From IMG/VR virus record IMGVR_UViG_3300037502_001802: 39,073 nt of DNA; one strand, written 5' to 3'. The notes under the pieces were generated by a model. It was not told the origin of the DNA and ran no database searches. It was given only the letters and a program-made list of their open reading frames with translations. Within the stretch, counting starts at the first letter, position 1; the number at the start of each line of letters is the position of its first letter. Shown one piece after another: positions 1-9,247 of this stretch. The position numbers and the translations under genes are program-made. The DNA comes from a virus.

Positions 1-127
1 CGGCCAGACAACCGATATGGTCTCGCAGATGCGCAAAGGCAGAGACCCCGGCCATATCCCAACAAAGATCAAGACAAAAATCCGCATGGACTTTATGCGC
101 TACGACGATGCAGCGAAAGACTACCGG
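1..127. repeat. Left copy of the terminal direct repeat (circular-assembly overlap or terminal redundancy); matches 38946-39073
   Basis: Base-by-base comparison: 1-55 equals 38946-39000 and 56-127 equals 39002-39073. The right copy has one additional T at 39000/39001. Confidence 0.9.
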
Positions 128-340
128 TCACTGGATCAGATCGCGCTTGATCTCGGAGTCAGTCGAACCAAAGTGCGGCACTGGGCCAAGGAGTTTGGGC
201 TATCAAGGGATATGAAAAAGCCGGAACGTGAGCCGGTAAAGAGAAGGCCGGTTGAATTGTCGTGGACCGGTACACCGATGGGGAGGTTTGCGGTGATGCG
301 GCTTAGTCGTAATCCAGATGCTCGGGCTTGTTACTACTAA
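17..340 (+). CDS. HTH DNA-binding protein, distal part; the real gene most likely starts at ATG 38849 and reads through the repeat junction
   Basis: ORF track 17..340. It is in frame with the open reading frame that begins at 38849 on the other side of the junction. Helix-turn-helix-like segment LDQIALDLGVSRTKVRHWAKEFG. Confidence 0.7.
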   Translation: MVSQMRKGRDPGHIPTKIKTKIRMDFMRYDDAAKDYRSLDQIALDLGVSRTKVRHWAKEFGLSRDMKKPEREPVKRRPVELSWTGTPMGRFAVMRLSRNPDARACYY

Positions 341-680
341 TGAGCTTCCCCAGCAACATCAACATGCGGTCAAGGCGGTGGCTCGTCTGGGCCGCATGGT
401 CCGATATTGCTTTTTCGGTAGACTCTAGCCGCTTCTCGAGCGCCTTGAAGTCTCTGTCTAGCTCTGACCGCTTCACGTATTCGTCCTTCACCTCGTTGAC
501 ACGAGCGTGAACTTGTGTGATGTGCCCCATTGCTTCCTTGTGACGGGTTTCCGTTAGCGTGACCGCCTCAGTGTGCCTTGCCTCAACCCTTGTTATAATC
601 CACTTGAAGCCGCCGAGAAGTGCGCCACCTACCGCAAAAGCGAGACCGAGAATGGTTAAAACATCTTTAAGGTCGATCAT
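303..680 (-). CDS. N-terminally membrane-anchored coiled-coil protein, last gene of the late/lysis operon (function unknown)
   Basis: 125-aa ORF. N-terminal hydrophobic helix LTILGLAFAVGGALLGGFKWII, then a heptad-like charged region. Confidence 0.6.
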   Translation of the reverse strand: MIDLKDVLTILGLAFAVGGALLGGFKWIITRVEARHTEAVTLTETRHKEAMGHITQVHARVNEVKDEYVKRSELDRDFKALEKRLESTEKAISDHAAQTSHRLDRMLMLLGKLISSNKPEHLDYD

Positions 681-767
681 TAATTACGCTGCCCATTTCT
701 GTGCGGTTCATTTTACTGCATGGATTCTCGGCATTATAGCGCGCATCTTCCGACGGTTCGAGGCGGA

Positions 768-1046
768 TTAGTCCTGAGCCTTCCTGATCGCATCAACCAG
801 CCCGTTATGCCTTGGTGCGCAGTTGTGATAGATCGACTGCGTTTCGCGCAACACGAGCGCTGCCGTGTCCGCGTTGCCGTCAGTCAGTTCCGGCAGCGTC
901 TCCGGACACTTGACCATCAAGCTCTCCTGAAACGTCGGCATTTGCCCCTTTTGCCCCAAGGTTAAGCAGCCTGACAAGATAAGGGGAAAAACACTCACGA
1001 TCACGATACTCGACTTTGCTCGTCTCACGGATGACACCTCTATCAA
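768..1046 (-). CDS. o-spanin (Rz1-type outer-membrane lipoprotein)
   Basis: Signal peptide with lipobox L-S-G-C (VFPLILSGC). The gene overlaps the 3' part of the i-spanin ORF (880-1046) in another frame and extends 112 nt past it (overlapped spanin architecture). Confidence 0.8.
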   Translation of the reverse strand: MIEVSSVRRAKSSIVIVSVFPLILSGCLTLGQKGQMPTFQESLMVKCPETLPELTDGNADTAALVLRETQSIYHNCAPRHNGLVDAIRKAQD

Positions 1047-1269
1047 TAACGCGCTCTTTTACGGCAGTTTCCGCTAACTGGCTCTCCACCGTCCGAGCTA
1101 TCCCTGCAATGGCCTTCTCGTTGCTCTCGGTAACAGCGGCAACAGCCCTCTCAATACCGAGCGTCACGCTGTCCTCATACCATGCGCGGGACTGCCAGCC
1201 TACGCCAATAAGGGCCACAGCGCCCGCAGAGATCAGCAACAATTTAATCTTCGGGGTTATCACGGCCAA
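880..1269 (-). CDS. i-spanin (Rz-type inner-membrane spanin subunit)
   Basis: N-terminal TMD (KLLLISAGAVALIGVGW) followed by a helical periplasmic domain. Sits directly after the holin and its 3' part overlaps the o-spanin ORF. Confidence 0.75.
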   Translation of the reverse strand: MAVITPKIKLLLISAGAVALIGVGWQSRAWYEDSVTLGIERAVAAVTESNEKAIAGIARTVESQLAETAVKERVIDRGVIRETSKVEYRDRECFSPYLVRLLNLGAKGANADVSGELDGQVSGDAAGTD

Positions 1270-1456
1270 GCCTCCACTTAATCAACCCAATCGCCCCAGG
1301 CGGCAAGCCCAGAAGCCCAAGGTAGGCGCTCGCAGCCGGAGCCGTGATAGCGCTTACGTCACCAAAAACCTGCACGGTGCCATATCCTATAAGCACCATG
1401 TAATAAAGGCTTATGATGCCGGTCAGGGCGTAGTGATCGTAGAGCCACTTAATCAT
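1244..1456 (-). CDS. Holin (two predicted TMDs, charged C-terminus)
   Basis: 70 aa with two hydrophobic segments and a KWRLGRDNPED tail. Overlaps the endolysin stop by 8 nt and the i-spanin start by 26 nt. Confidence 0.7.
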   Translation of the reverse strand: MIKWLYDHYALTGIISLYYMVLIGYGTVQVFGDVSAITAPAASAYLGLLGLPPGAIGLIKWRLGRDNPED

Positions 1457-1928
1457 ACAGCCACAACACCCGCTGATCTTTCGCCTTGTCCACGTCTACA
1501 TGAACAAACGAAGATGCAACGCCAATCCGGGTCAGGCCACGAGCAAGCAAGGACTGAGCAATCAGAAACCGCTGCCGACTGCCGACTGCCGCAATGTCCA
1601 CGGCCAATCCTTTCGTGTGGGCAGAGCCTGGCACGACTCCGACTTCCTTGTTGTGCCGTTCACAGCGATACGCGGAGTTAATCACAAACGGCACACCTGC
1701 CATGTGACGGGCGGAATCCAAGTGTTGCAGCAATCCAGCATCCATCTTATCCGCGCCCTCGCCGCAGCAGGGCAGGCGAACTCTTCTGGCTTGAAGTATC
1801 TCATAGTATTGCCTCTTGCTCATTGCCGCGCCAATGTCCATATCGGCGGGCGTGTCGGCGCAGTGGATTATGATTGAGTTAATGGCCCCATCAAACAGCC
1901 CTCCCCGCCACCTCAAACACCTCATCAT
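1449..1928 (-). CDS. Endolysin, peptidase M15 (M15_3 / zinc D-Ala-D-Ala carboxypeptidase-like fold)
   Basis: Motifs INSAYRCERHN, SAHTKGLAVDI and FVHVDVD (H-x-D zinc ligands). Position is immediately upstream of the holin and spanins. Confidence 0.85.
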   Translation of the reverse strand: MMRCLRWRGGLFDGAINSIIIHCADTPADMDIGAAMSKRQYYEILQARRVRLPCCGEGADKMDAGLLQHLDSARHMAGVPFVINSAYRCERHNKEVGVVPGSAHTKGLAVDIAAVGSRQRFLIAQSLLARGLTRIGVASSFVHVDVDKAKDQRVLWLYD

Positions 1929-1995
1929 CCGCCCACTCGAGACTCGTCAGCGCTGAAGTGCTCTGCGTAGAGCATATCAAGCTCCAAGCGTGCCT

Positions 1996-4284
1996 TCACG
2001 ACGCGGACCTTGTAGTTTCGAACCAGATGCCTTGCCGGCTAACAAATGAGATTACGTCGTTTACGCCCAGTACCGCGTTGGTTGCACCGTCCAGACGGAA
2101 ATTTCCACCATGCGGGAAGGTGATCGTTCCACCGGATTGAATAGTCAGAATTTGACCGTCCGCCAACGCCCCCGGTATGTCGTCTATAGTTTGCGACACG
2201 TCCGGGACGATATACCACTGTTCGCCGTGATAGTCCCGCCAGTTAACGGTCACGTTGCTGCCCGTGGTGTTAATCGTAACCATGGACCGCTCAAACTTGT
2301 CGGCCCTTAATACCTGTATGCCTCCAGACCCTACGTTACTCACGTAGGCGAAATCGCCTAACGGTATTTTATTATCCCAAAGCGCAACCGCCCAGTTGGA
2401 TGAGGTAGCGTTGGCCTGCACCACTCTGTTAACTGGTAGGACCTTCATTTCGTTGCCGAAAACCTCGACAGTCTCCGGCGTTCCGGGCGGCTCGCCGTGA
2501 AGCACGACTAGCCTGTTATTTGCGTAGTCTACATTGTCGGAAATAATTGTTTTAGGTAGGTTAAACCCGGGTGACGGCGCTGGGCCCTCGTTAATGACGA
2601 TAGGGCTCCGTGTTGCACCAATGCAATCCTGCATAAACCGATTGCGCTGAGATATAGTAATCTCAACATTGGGGCCAACATTAACAGCGGACGCCATACC
2701 AACTGTGTTAAAAGTGTTATTTAAAACTTCAATACCGCTTGATGCGCCGCCACAGTCTACGCACTTTAGGCTTGCGTTGTTGCCAGTACCAGATAGACTG
2801 CCCAAAAACTTCTCGTTATGCACTTTAATTCGCTCACTACCTACACCGATATTGACAAAGGTTGATAGTGTTGAAGTCGTATTATCTTCAGCTATATGCG
2901 TATTGTGGTGGATGGCTCCATCAAAGCTCCAGTTGGTAGCTGAAATAGTTCTTACAGTTGGCTTTCTGAAGATGTTGTTTGAGTAATCAAAACCATGGAC
3001 ATTCCACGATACGATGCCGCGACCGATTTGCTGGAATGTGTTCCAGTTTATATTTACGTTCTCGTGGTAGACAGTCGGTGCCGGGTAGGCCAACGTCCCG
3101 GTGGTTTCGTCCAGATTGTCCAAGGGGGCCACGAAGCAGAACGGGCGTGGGCCGTAGGTAGAGCTGGCTTCTTCGCTGCTCTCAAAATGGCAGTTCTGGA
3201 TGAAAATATCTTTACACGGCGCGGAGAAGTCTACCGCACCGACATGGTTATCGTGAAACTCGCACTGATCGGTCACACGTACATTTTGTGCCGATGAAAA
3301 CGCCAGCGGGCGGGCGTATGCAAAGTTAGACCCGTTCCATCCGTTATCTGATGGGATGAACTTCACTCCGCTGAATACTATGTCACTACAGGTGATTGAT
3401 GTTTGTGTGTAGAAGCCGTCGCCGTCTTGCGTGAAATCACCGAGCTTGAAGGCGTCATTGGTTTGAAAATCAATCGTAACCTTGCCGCGCCCAAACACGT
3501 ACAGGCCGGTAAAGTTGTCTTTCGCTGTGCTAGCAGTCTTCTTGTACGTACCTGGGCGTGGCAATATGGCCAGATTTGAAGAAATAGCTTCGTCAATGGC
3601 AGCGCTCCACTCTGGGTCTGTCGCATTGGCCCCGGTAAAGTCTGCTCCGTACCATGCTGGATCAATAAATCGAACCTCGTTACGGCTCCAATAGTTGCCG
3701 TTCGCAAGAACGATATAGCGACCCTTCAGTGTGTCCGTCGGGGCTGTTCCAGATTTAATTGTTCCTTCGCCCTCTCTTCCGGGTTCCGTCAAATAGACAT
3801 TAACCCCAGCCGCCAAAGACAAAGACTCAAGCTCCGCCACACTCCCCACATAAATGGTCCGCTTATCCAGCGCCTGAGTCACCGTGTCAGAGGTGCCTGT
3901 GTGAGCGATTCGGTCGGAGCCTTGGGCGGGGGTGTTGGAGGCGAGCTGCTCACGCAGAAGAATGTCACCTTTTATGATCAGCAGGTCATTGCCATTGGCC
4001 ATCGGGAAGTCGCCATCGCCGCCAGGGACAACCAGGAACGTGCCCGCGAAGTTATCGCCCGCAGTCAGGTCGCCCGCTGTCTGGATCAGTGCGCCGATCT
4101 GGTAATCTTCATTCTGCGCCACAGCACGGGATTGTTCCGCGAATACGTAGGTTGATTGCGGGGTGATGTATTCGACCAGATCTCGGCCAGACACAAGGGA
4201 CGTGGATTGGGTCTCAGGGTTGAGCACCAGAAACTTTTGGGACTCGCTGAAATCTCGGGTTGGGTAGCTGCCGATTGTGCTCAT
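1996..4284 (-). CDS. Tailspike / depolymerase with right-handed beta-helix (pectate-lyase-3-like) domain
   Basis: 762 aa. Segment IDPAWYGADFTGANATDPEWSAAIDEAI...LPRPGTYK is typical of the start of pectate_lyase_3 domains. Repetitive N/G/V-rich beta-helix-like body. Last structural gene, as in P22. Confidence 0.85.
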   Translation of the reverse strand: MSTIGSYPTRDFSESQKFLVLNPETQSTSLVSGRDLVEYITPQSTYVFAEQSRAVAQNEDYQIGALIQTAGDLTAGDNFAGTFLVVPGGDGDFPMANGNDLLIIKGDILLREQLASNTPAQGSDRIAHTGTSDTVTQALDKRTIYVGSVAELESLSLAAGVNVYLTEPGREGEGTIKSGTAPTDTLKGRYIVLANGNYWSRNEVRFIDPAWYGADFTGANATDPEWSAAIDEAISSNLAILPRPGTYKKTASTAKDNFTGLYVFGRGKVTIDFQTNDAFKLGDFTQDGDGFYTQTSITCSDIVFSGVKFIPSDNGWNGSNFAYARPLAFSSAQNVRVTDQCEFHDNHVGAVDFSAPCKDIFIQNCHFESSEEASSTYGPRPFCFVAPLDNLDETTGTLAYPAPTVYHENVNINWNTFQQIGRGIVSWNVHGFDYSNNIFRKPTVRTISATNWSFDGAIHHNTHIAEDNTTSTLSTFVNIGVGSERIKVHNEKFLGSLSGTGNNASLKCVDCGGASSGIEVLNNTFNTVGMASAVNVGPNVEITISQRNRFMQDCIGATRSPIVINEGPAPSPGFNLPKTIISDNVDYANNRLVVLHGEPPGTPETVEVFGNEMKVLPVNRVVQANATSSNWAVALWDNKIPLGDFAYVSNVGSGGIQVLRADKFERSMVTINTTGSNVTVNWRDYHGEQWYIVPDVSQTIDDIPGALADGQILTIQSGGTITFPHGGNFRLDGATNAVLGVNDVISFVSRQGIWFETTRSAS

Positions 4285-4287
4285 GAA

Positions 4288-5193
4288 TTACACCTTATAA
4301 ATTGCAGTGACTGCGATGTTCTGGATAAAGGCCCCAGTATCGGAGTTGTACTCAAAAATCAAGAAAGAGTCATCTGTGCTCCGAAAGGCCGCTTGTCTAC
4401 CAATTGTGCCGCTGAAGAACGTGATACCGCTGTCAGAGTCAATGCTTAAATCGACAACGTACAGCCAGTATGATTCACCGCTGTCATCAACCAAAATATA
4501 CATGCCAGTGCCGCCCTCGGAAAGCGACGCCATATCTACGCCAGTCGTTTCTGACCCTGACCAAACTAAAGTTGGCGAATTTGGAGAAAACGTGCCGTCT
4601 TTAATTGGCGCAGCGATCAAGCTCGGGTCAAGGTCTTTGAAATATACAACATTGCCTATGCGCTGCCCCTGCGTCCCGTTTGCAAAATCAATCAGCGTCT
4701 CGTCATCTGCCGGATTTCCGGTATTCGACACCACCAGCCAGTCAGCTCCCAAGCCGTCAGTTGCCGTAATCTTGCCCACGTTGCGAACTGTATCGCCCGG
4801 AGTCACGTCCAGCAGCTTAATGTCTGACAGCAACAGCCCAACCTGTGTGACACTACCAAGGTTGATCTCGGCCTCTCCGGGATTCGACACAAAGGGCGTG
4901 TAACCATCGTTTATCTGCACACCATTCCGATCCTGAACCAATAACGAATAGTTCCCATCGACTAGCGCAATGATGGCTTTGCCGTTAAATGAGATCTGCC
5001 CCTGATCATTGGTTCTGAGGGGCTGCTGCGCCTCAAACTGTGCGCCGGAAGAATCCTGAAACGTCACCGTCTTGGGGAAGCTGATCGGGTACTGATTGGG
5101 CTGGCCGATGTAGATCCGCCCGGATTTCAGTACGTCTCCGTCATTACCGAAGAAGACGGGCTTATTGGTTTGGATTGGGTTCATTGTCTTCAC
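4288..5193 (-). CDS. Second receptor-binding / tail fibre or tailspike-adaptor protein
   Basis: 301 aa. The N-terminus (NKPVFFGNDGDVLKSGRIYIGQPNQYP...) resembles N-terminal virion-attachment modules of podovirus tailspikes. Located between the ejection proteins and the tailspike. Confidence 0.65.
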   Translation of the reverse strand: MKTMNPIQTNKPVFFGNDGDVLKSGRIYIGQPNQYPISFPKTVTFQDSSGAQFEAQQPLRTNDQGQISFNGKAIIALVDGNYSLLVQDRNGVQINDGYTPFVSNPGEAEINLGSVTQVGLLLSDIKLLDVTPGDTVRNVGKITATDGLGADWLVVSNTGNPADDETLIDFANGTQGQRIGNVVYFKDLDPSLIAAPIKDGTFSPNSPTLVWSGSETTGVDMASLSEGGTGMYILVDDSGESYWLYVVDLSIDSDSGITFFSGTIGRQAAFRSTDDSFLIFEYNSDTGAFIQNIAVTAIYKV

Positions 5194-7243
5194 CTGTCAG
5201 GTTTTCGGGCGCTTTTTGGTTTCGGGCTGCCTGAGCAATGCGGGTTGCTTCTTCTCGGAAGCGGGCGGCCAGCTGATCAAACTGTGTTGACCCTGGCTCA
5301 GCAGATGCCATGCGAGCGAGGATGCTGCGCGCCCTTGGCGACTCGTAAAGGCGACCTAGGCCGCCAATAGTCGCGTATGCCGCAGCTACGGAAGGCTCAA
5401 TAACAGAGCCCGCCCCAACAATATAAGGTATAGCTTGCTGGCCCGTAGGCACGCTAAATGTGCCCTCAGCCTTCTGAGCCCGACGGGTTGCGTTGAGAAG
5501 TCGAAGGAAGCCGTTAAGCTCTCTGCGCCGCTCGCCACGGAAAAAGACATCAAGAGCCTCTTTCTGGCGACCTAGCTCAGTGGCAAGTGCATCAGGCGTA
5601 AGACCAGATGCCCGACGAGATAGCCTGTCAGCAATCTCTGTAATGATTGTAGCTCGTGCATTCTCGCGGCCTTCATTGGTAAGTCCTTGATATAGTTTTC
5701 GAATCTCGCTTGGTTTATTTGAGAATAGCAGATTCCTTGCGACCTCGGGAGTCATGTCGCCCTTATCAAGAACGTTCTTGATTCGGCTTCTTTTCATGGT
5801 GTTTGCCATTTCCCCGTAAGCCGAGTCAGCGTTTTTGAGTTGCCGGTACTCATTCTCCGTTAAGACGGACCGCGCGAAGTCATCGCGGTCTTGGCGAATA
5901 GCCCTGAGAACCTTTTGTATTTGCGCTTTATCCTCGGATGTCAGCTGAGAGCGGATGCTTGGATCAACAGACTCAATAGCCTCTTGCCACGCCCCAAGGT
6001 TGCTTTTAACGTTCTGAAACGTTTGCCCCGGACCGCCTATGGTTTCCTGAATGTCAACCAAAATATCAGCGGCCTTGTCTGACGTCTTTCTCCCCGGCCG
6101 GGTAAATATTTCCGAAGCTTCCTGTATGGCTCTTTCAGTTTTGGTAAAGCCTATACCTCCCGCCTGCTCGCTTGCGGAATTCAGTTTGGGCACAAGGTTG
6201 TCATAGGTCTTGCCGGCTGCCGTCTTGATGCGGTCTCTTTGCGACTTGAGAGACTGCACGATAGATTCGTAGCTTCCGCCTTGAAATCGATCAACAAACT
6301 GATCTACGGCCTGCTCTCTGGCATCTTGTTGAGCTGCTCTCAGGCCGCCAGTTCCAACAACTGGCACGGTCTCGGATATTACCTGACCAGCCCTCCCGGC
6401 TGCGGTCCTCGGGGGCACAACGTCCGACGTCATGACGGGCACATTAAACTGCTCGCCGGCGCGAATAATATCTGCCGCCTCATCGGTCGGCTGTCCGGCC
6501 AAGGCCCTTGATGCAGTACCCGCAACGCCTTGGATGGCTCGCCCAGCCGTCTCAATGCCGCCAGCGAGCGCAACATCGGTCTCGTCAAACTCTCCGCCTG
6601 TACTTGCCTGAACGGCCTGCCTTGCTGCCTCTGCGCCAGCCGCTGCTACCGTACCGCCAACAACGCCACCCACCCTACCAGCAGGGGTAAACATTGCCAT
6701 GTCTGCCGCAACCTGACCAACGTTCAGGAGATCAATTCCTGGCTTATCCACCATGGCGGCGCGCCCATCTTCTCTACGCAACACCGGGTAAACATTGCCC
6801 TGCTCGTCTCGGTTGTACTGAACCTGAGTGCCCGGTACTTGCTGAGCAACGATCTGCGCCAGTTCATTCGGGTCGCTTGTGATCTGCGCTAGGCCAACAA
6901 TCTTTGCTTGCTCGGACGCCGGCAGATCTGCCAGAAAATCGCCCTGAAACAGCGATGGAGTGCGCTCAATGTCACGACCGGTACGCTGCTCACCTGTGAT
7001 CATCTCTGAGAGCTCACGAAATGCGCGCTCGGCGAAGTTCGGCTGCTCTTGGCCGGCCTGTATGATCTGTTCGTTGGGCTCAGTTGTAGGCTGGCGAGAC
7101 TGTGTTACGGCCTGCCGCTCTTGCGGACCAGACTGATCGTACTGGCCGGATCTTAGGGCGCGGGCAAGCTGTCGGGCTGCATCGGTATCGCCGGCAGCGT
7201 CCGCATTACGCAAGGCTGATTCAAGTTGCTGTCGATTCGCCAT
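5162..7243 (-). CDS. Internal virion / ejection protein (large)
   Basis: 693 aa, A/Q/G/R-rich and predicted helical. Occupies the position equivalent to the P22 ejection-protein genes (7/20/16). Confidence 0.6.
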   Translation of the reverse strand: MANRQQLESALRNADAAGDTDAARQLARALRSGQYDQSGPQERQAVTQSRQPTTEPNEQIIQAGQEQPNFAERAFRELSEMITGEQRTGRDIERTPSLFQGDFLADLPASEQAKIVGLAQITSDPNELAQIVAQQVPGTQVQYNRDEQGNVYPVLRREDGRAAMVDKPGIDLLNVGQVAADMAMFTPAGRVGGVVGGTVAAAGAEAARQAVQASTGGEFDETDVALAGGIETAGRAIQGVAGTASRALAGQPTDEAADIIRAGEQFNVPVMTSDVVPPRTAAGRAGQVISETVPVVGTGGLRAAQQDAREQAVDQFVDRFQGGSYESIVQSLKSQRDRIKTAAGKTYDNLVPKLNSASEQAGGIGFTKTERAIQEASEIFTRPGRKTSDKAADILVDIQETIGGPGQTFQNVKSNLGAWQEAIESVDPSIRSQLTSEDKAQIQKVLRAIRQDRDDFARSVLTENEYRQLKNADSAYGEMANTMKRSRIKNVLDKGDMTPEVARNLLFSNKPSEIRKLYQGLTNEGRENARATIITEIADRLSRRASGLTPDALATELGRQKEALDVFFRGERRRELNGFLRLLNATRRAQKAEGTFSVPTGQQAIPYIVGAGSVIEPSVAAAYATIGGLGRLYESPRARSILARMASAEPGSTQFDQLAARFREEATRIAQAARNQKAPENLTGEDNEPNPNQ

Positions 7244-7245
7244 AA

Positions 7246-8466
7246 TCAGTCCGCATATTTGTTGATAAGGGCTTCAATGTCGCTGCCTTGACTTGCATTA
7301 CTTGCCGGCGCGGGTGCAGCGCCGCTTTGCTGTTGTGCCAGTTTGCGCTGAATGGTGTCACGGATTTGCATCAATCGCTCTCTGGCACCTTCCTCTGACA
7401 TCTGGATGCCGCCCTCGGTGACACGCAAGCCTGATCCAATGCTCTTGATCAGCTCAACATCACGATCTGTCAGAACGCCGGTCATAATGCCCAGATTCTC
7501 ACTGGTCAACAAAGCCTCAAGACGCTCTGCGGTGCGCACCAAGTCCATACTTTCTGGGCGAACGGTCGGAACTCTCGACGCCAAACCGGTTATTGCGCCA
7601 AGGTCTGAGTCGAGAAGCTGGTTCACTACGTTTAGCGTGTCTTGAGACTGTCGGACTGCCTCTTGACGCTTGCGCTGCGCCTCTGGAGTTTGCGCCTCAG
7701 CCTCGCCACGAGCCCGCGTGACAGCGCTTTCTCTTTGAGCTGCAATCTCCGCCTCGGACTCGCCAACCGTTTCAGCAGTAACGGGCTGAGCCCCGCCAGC
7801 TCCCGCCACGCCTGCCGGGCGATAGCCGCCGATAGCTGGGTCAAATACATGAGGTACGCCGCCAATATCTACGCTTCGCTGTGCTGCGTAGCGCTCAAGA
7901 ACGCTAGGGTCTCCGCTGCGAACAAATTCGGCGAACGATTCAGTAGTGTAATCGCGCGGGTTGTATTGACCTATGTTGGGGCCATCCTGACCACCAAACA
8001 TCGCCCGAAACTCTTCATCACTGGCCAGCGACGCATACCCCGACCGAATGTTCTGCAAGGCCGCCTTGGGATTCTCCTGAAGCATCTGAAAGTCACGAGT
8101 CATCATGTCTGGCCTGCCGCCAAACTCTGCCACTTGCTGAATACCTTGCTGCATGTAAGCGGGCGCATTTTCAGGATCGGACAATACCCGCCGATACGTC
8201 TCACGGGCTACGCGCTCGGTCTGCTCATTGGTGAACCCAAACGCATTCTTCGCCTGCTCTGCCATCTCAGGATGTTGGATCATGGCTTGCCGGATGGCGT
8301 TAACGTCACCGGACTGGAAAGCCTGAGCAACAGCCTGTTGAGCGGCGGCCATCTGCTCTTGCTGGCGCTCTTGCTGCATCCTTTGGGCAATGCCCTGCAT
8401 CCCTTGGTTGATACCTTGAATGTTTTGAATGCCGCCAAGCGGCTGAACGGTGAACGGGTTAGCCAT
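7246..8466 (-). CDS. Internal virion / ejection protein
   Basis: 406 aa with a Q/A/M-rich N-terminus. Synteny with the P22 ejection-protein block. Confidence 0.6.
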   Translation of the reverse strand: MANPFTVQPLGGIQNIQGINQGMQGIAQRMQQERQQEQMAAAQQAVAQAFQSGDVNAIRQAMIQHPEMAEQAKNAFGFTNEQTERVARETYRRVLSDPENAPAYMQQGIQQVAEFGGRPDMMTRDFQMLQENPKAALQNIRSGYASLASDEEFRAMFGGQDGPNIGQYNPRDYTTESFAEFVRSGDPSVLERYAAQRSVDIGGVPHVFDPAIGGYRPAGVAGAGGAQPVTAETVGESEAEIAAQRESAVTRARGEAEAQTPEAQRKRQEAVRQSQDTLNVVNQLLDSDLGAITGLASRVPTVRPESMDLVRTAERLEALLTSENLGIMTGVLTDRDVELIKSIGSGLRVTEGGIQMSEEGARERLMQIRDTIQRKLAQQQSGAAPAPASNASQGSDIEALINKYAD

Positions 8467-9247
8467 GGGCAGACTCCAGCATTTCGTAATTGACGGTCAG
8501 GTAGCCGTGGCTTGTACCCACAGCTTCAGGCATAACCTTGGCGACGTCTTGAGCAAGCACGCCTTCTGTCTTGCCCGTCAGGCCAAGCTCCGATTGTGCG
8601 CGCTCGTTCCAGTCCCATTCGTACCAGTCGTGGCCGTAACGCTTGCCGATCAGCTTAACGTTATCCTTTAGGCGGACATCAGAAAACAAGGCCAGCGCGT
8701 TCATGCCGAGGTTCATCATGTTTCCGATACCTTGCTGCTGGGCTTGGGCCGATGCAATCTGACCCTGAGCCATGGTTTGCCCGACGCCGGCCATGCCTTG
8801 AGCAATCTGGTTCGCATTGCTTGGCATTCCAGCCAAGCCCTGAAGTCCTGACATGGTATTCTGAAACGCCTGAAGTCGATTCTGGCGCTGATTCTCGGCA
8901 AGCATGGCCTCGGTTCCGCCGGAGCGCAAAGCGCCTGTTGCGGACTGACTGCGCAGAATGGCCTCCTCCTGTTGTGGAAGCTGGCCAAGCGTTGCCTGGA
9001 AGATCGGGTTACGCTCCATCTGACGCATGGCGTTAGCGTCACCACCCTGAAGCCCGAACAACCCGCCAAGCTGGCCAAGCGCACCTTCCCGGAACTGCTG
9101 TGGTATGGCCTCGCGCTCTTTTAAGTACTCCAGCGCCTCACGCTGAGAGGCGGCTTGGGTTTCAGCGCCCCGCTCAGCGGCTTTGGAGGCCCCGCGCCCT
9201 GTGATGGCGTTAAACGTATCCTTTGCAAAATCAACTACGCCACCCAT
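8459..9247 (-). CDS. Needle-position tail protein with C-terminal intramolecular chaperone (peptidase S74-like) auto-processing domain
   Basis: C-terminal SDVRLKDNVKLI...GVLAQDVAKVMPEAV...YLTVNYE matches the S-D-x-R-L-K-x-N / AQ(D/E)V...PEAV signature of endosialidase/tail-fibre chaperone domains. The gene sits where P22 gp26 would be. Confidence 0.75.
   Translation of the reverse strand: MGGVVDFAKDTFNAITGRGASKAAERGAETQAASQREALEYLKEREAIPQQFREGALGQLGGLFGLQGGDANAMRQMERNPIFQATLGQLPQQEEAILRSQSATGALRSGGTEAMLAENQRQNRLQAFQNTMSGLQGLAGMPSNANQIAQGMAGVGQTMAQGQIASAQAQQQGIGNMMNLGMNALALFSDVRLKDNVKLIGKRYGHDWYEWDWNERAQSELGLTGKTEGVLAQDVAKVMPEAVGTSHGYLTVNYEMLESAHG

Noticed and set aside
7642-8493. 283-aa plus-strand ORF (and similar long antisense ORFs: 1016-1681, 4307-4903, 11203-11721, 13072-13542, 15147-15683, 22953-23513 on plus; 24662-25225, 33473-34030, 35051-35668, 37723-38169 on minus)
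   Set aside because: These are shadow ORFs lying entirely opposite well-supported genes. Their products are L/R/S/P-rich with no motifs, no RBS and no operon logic.
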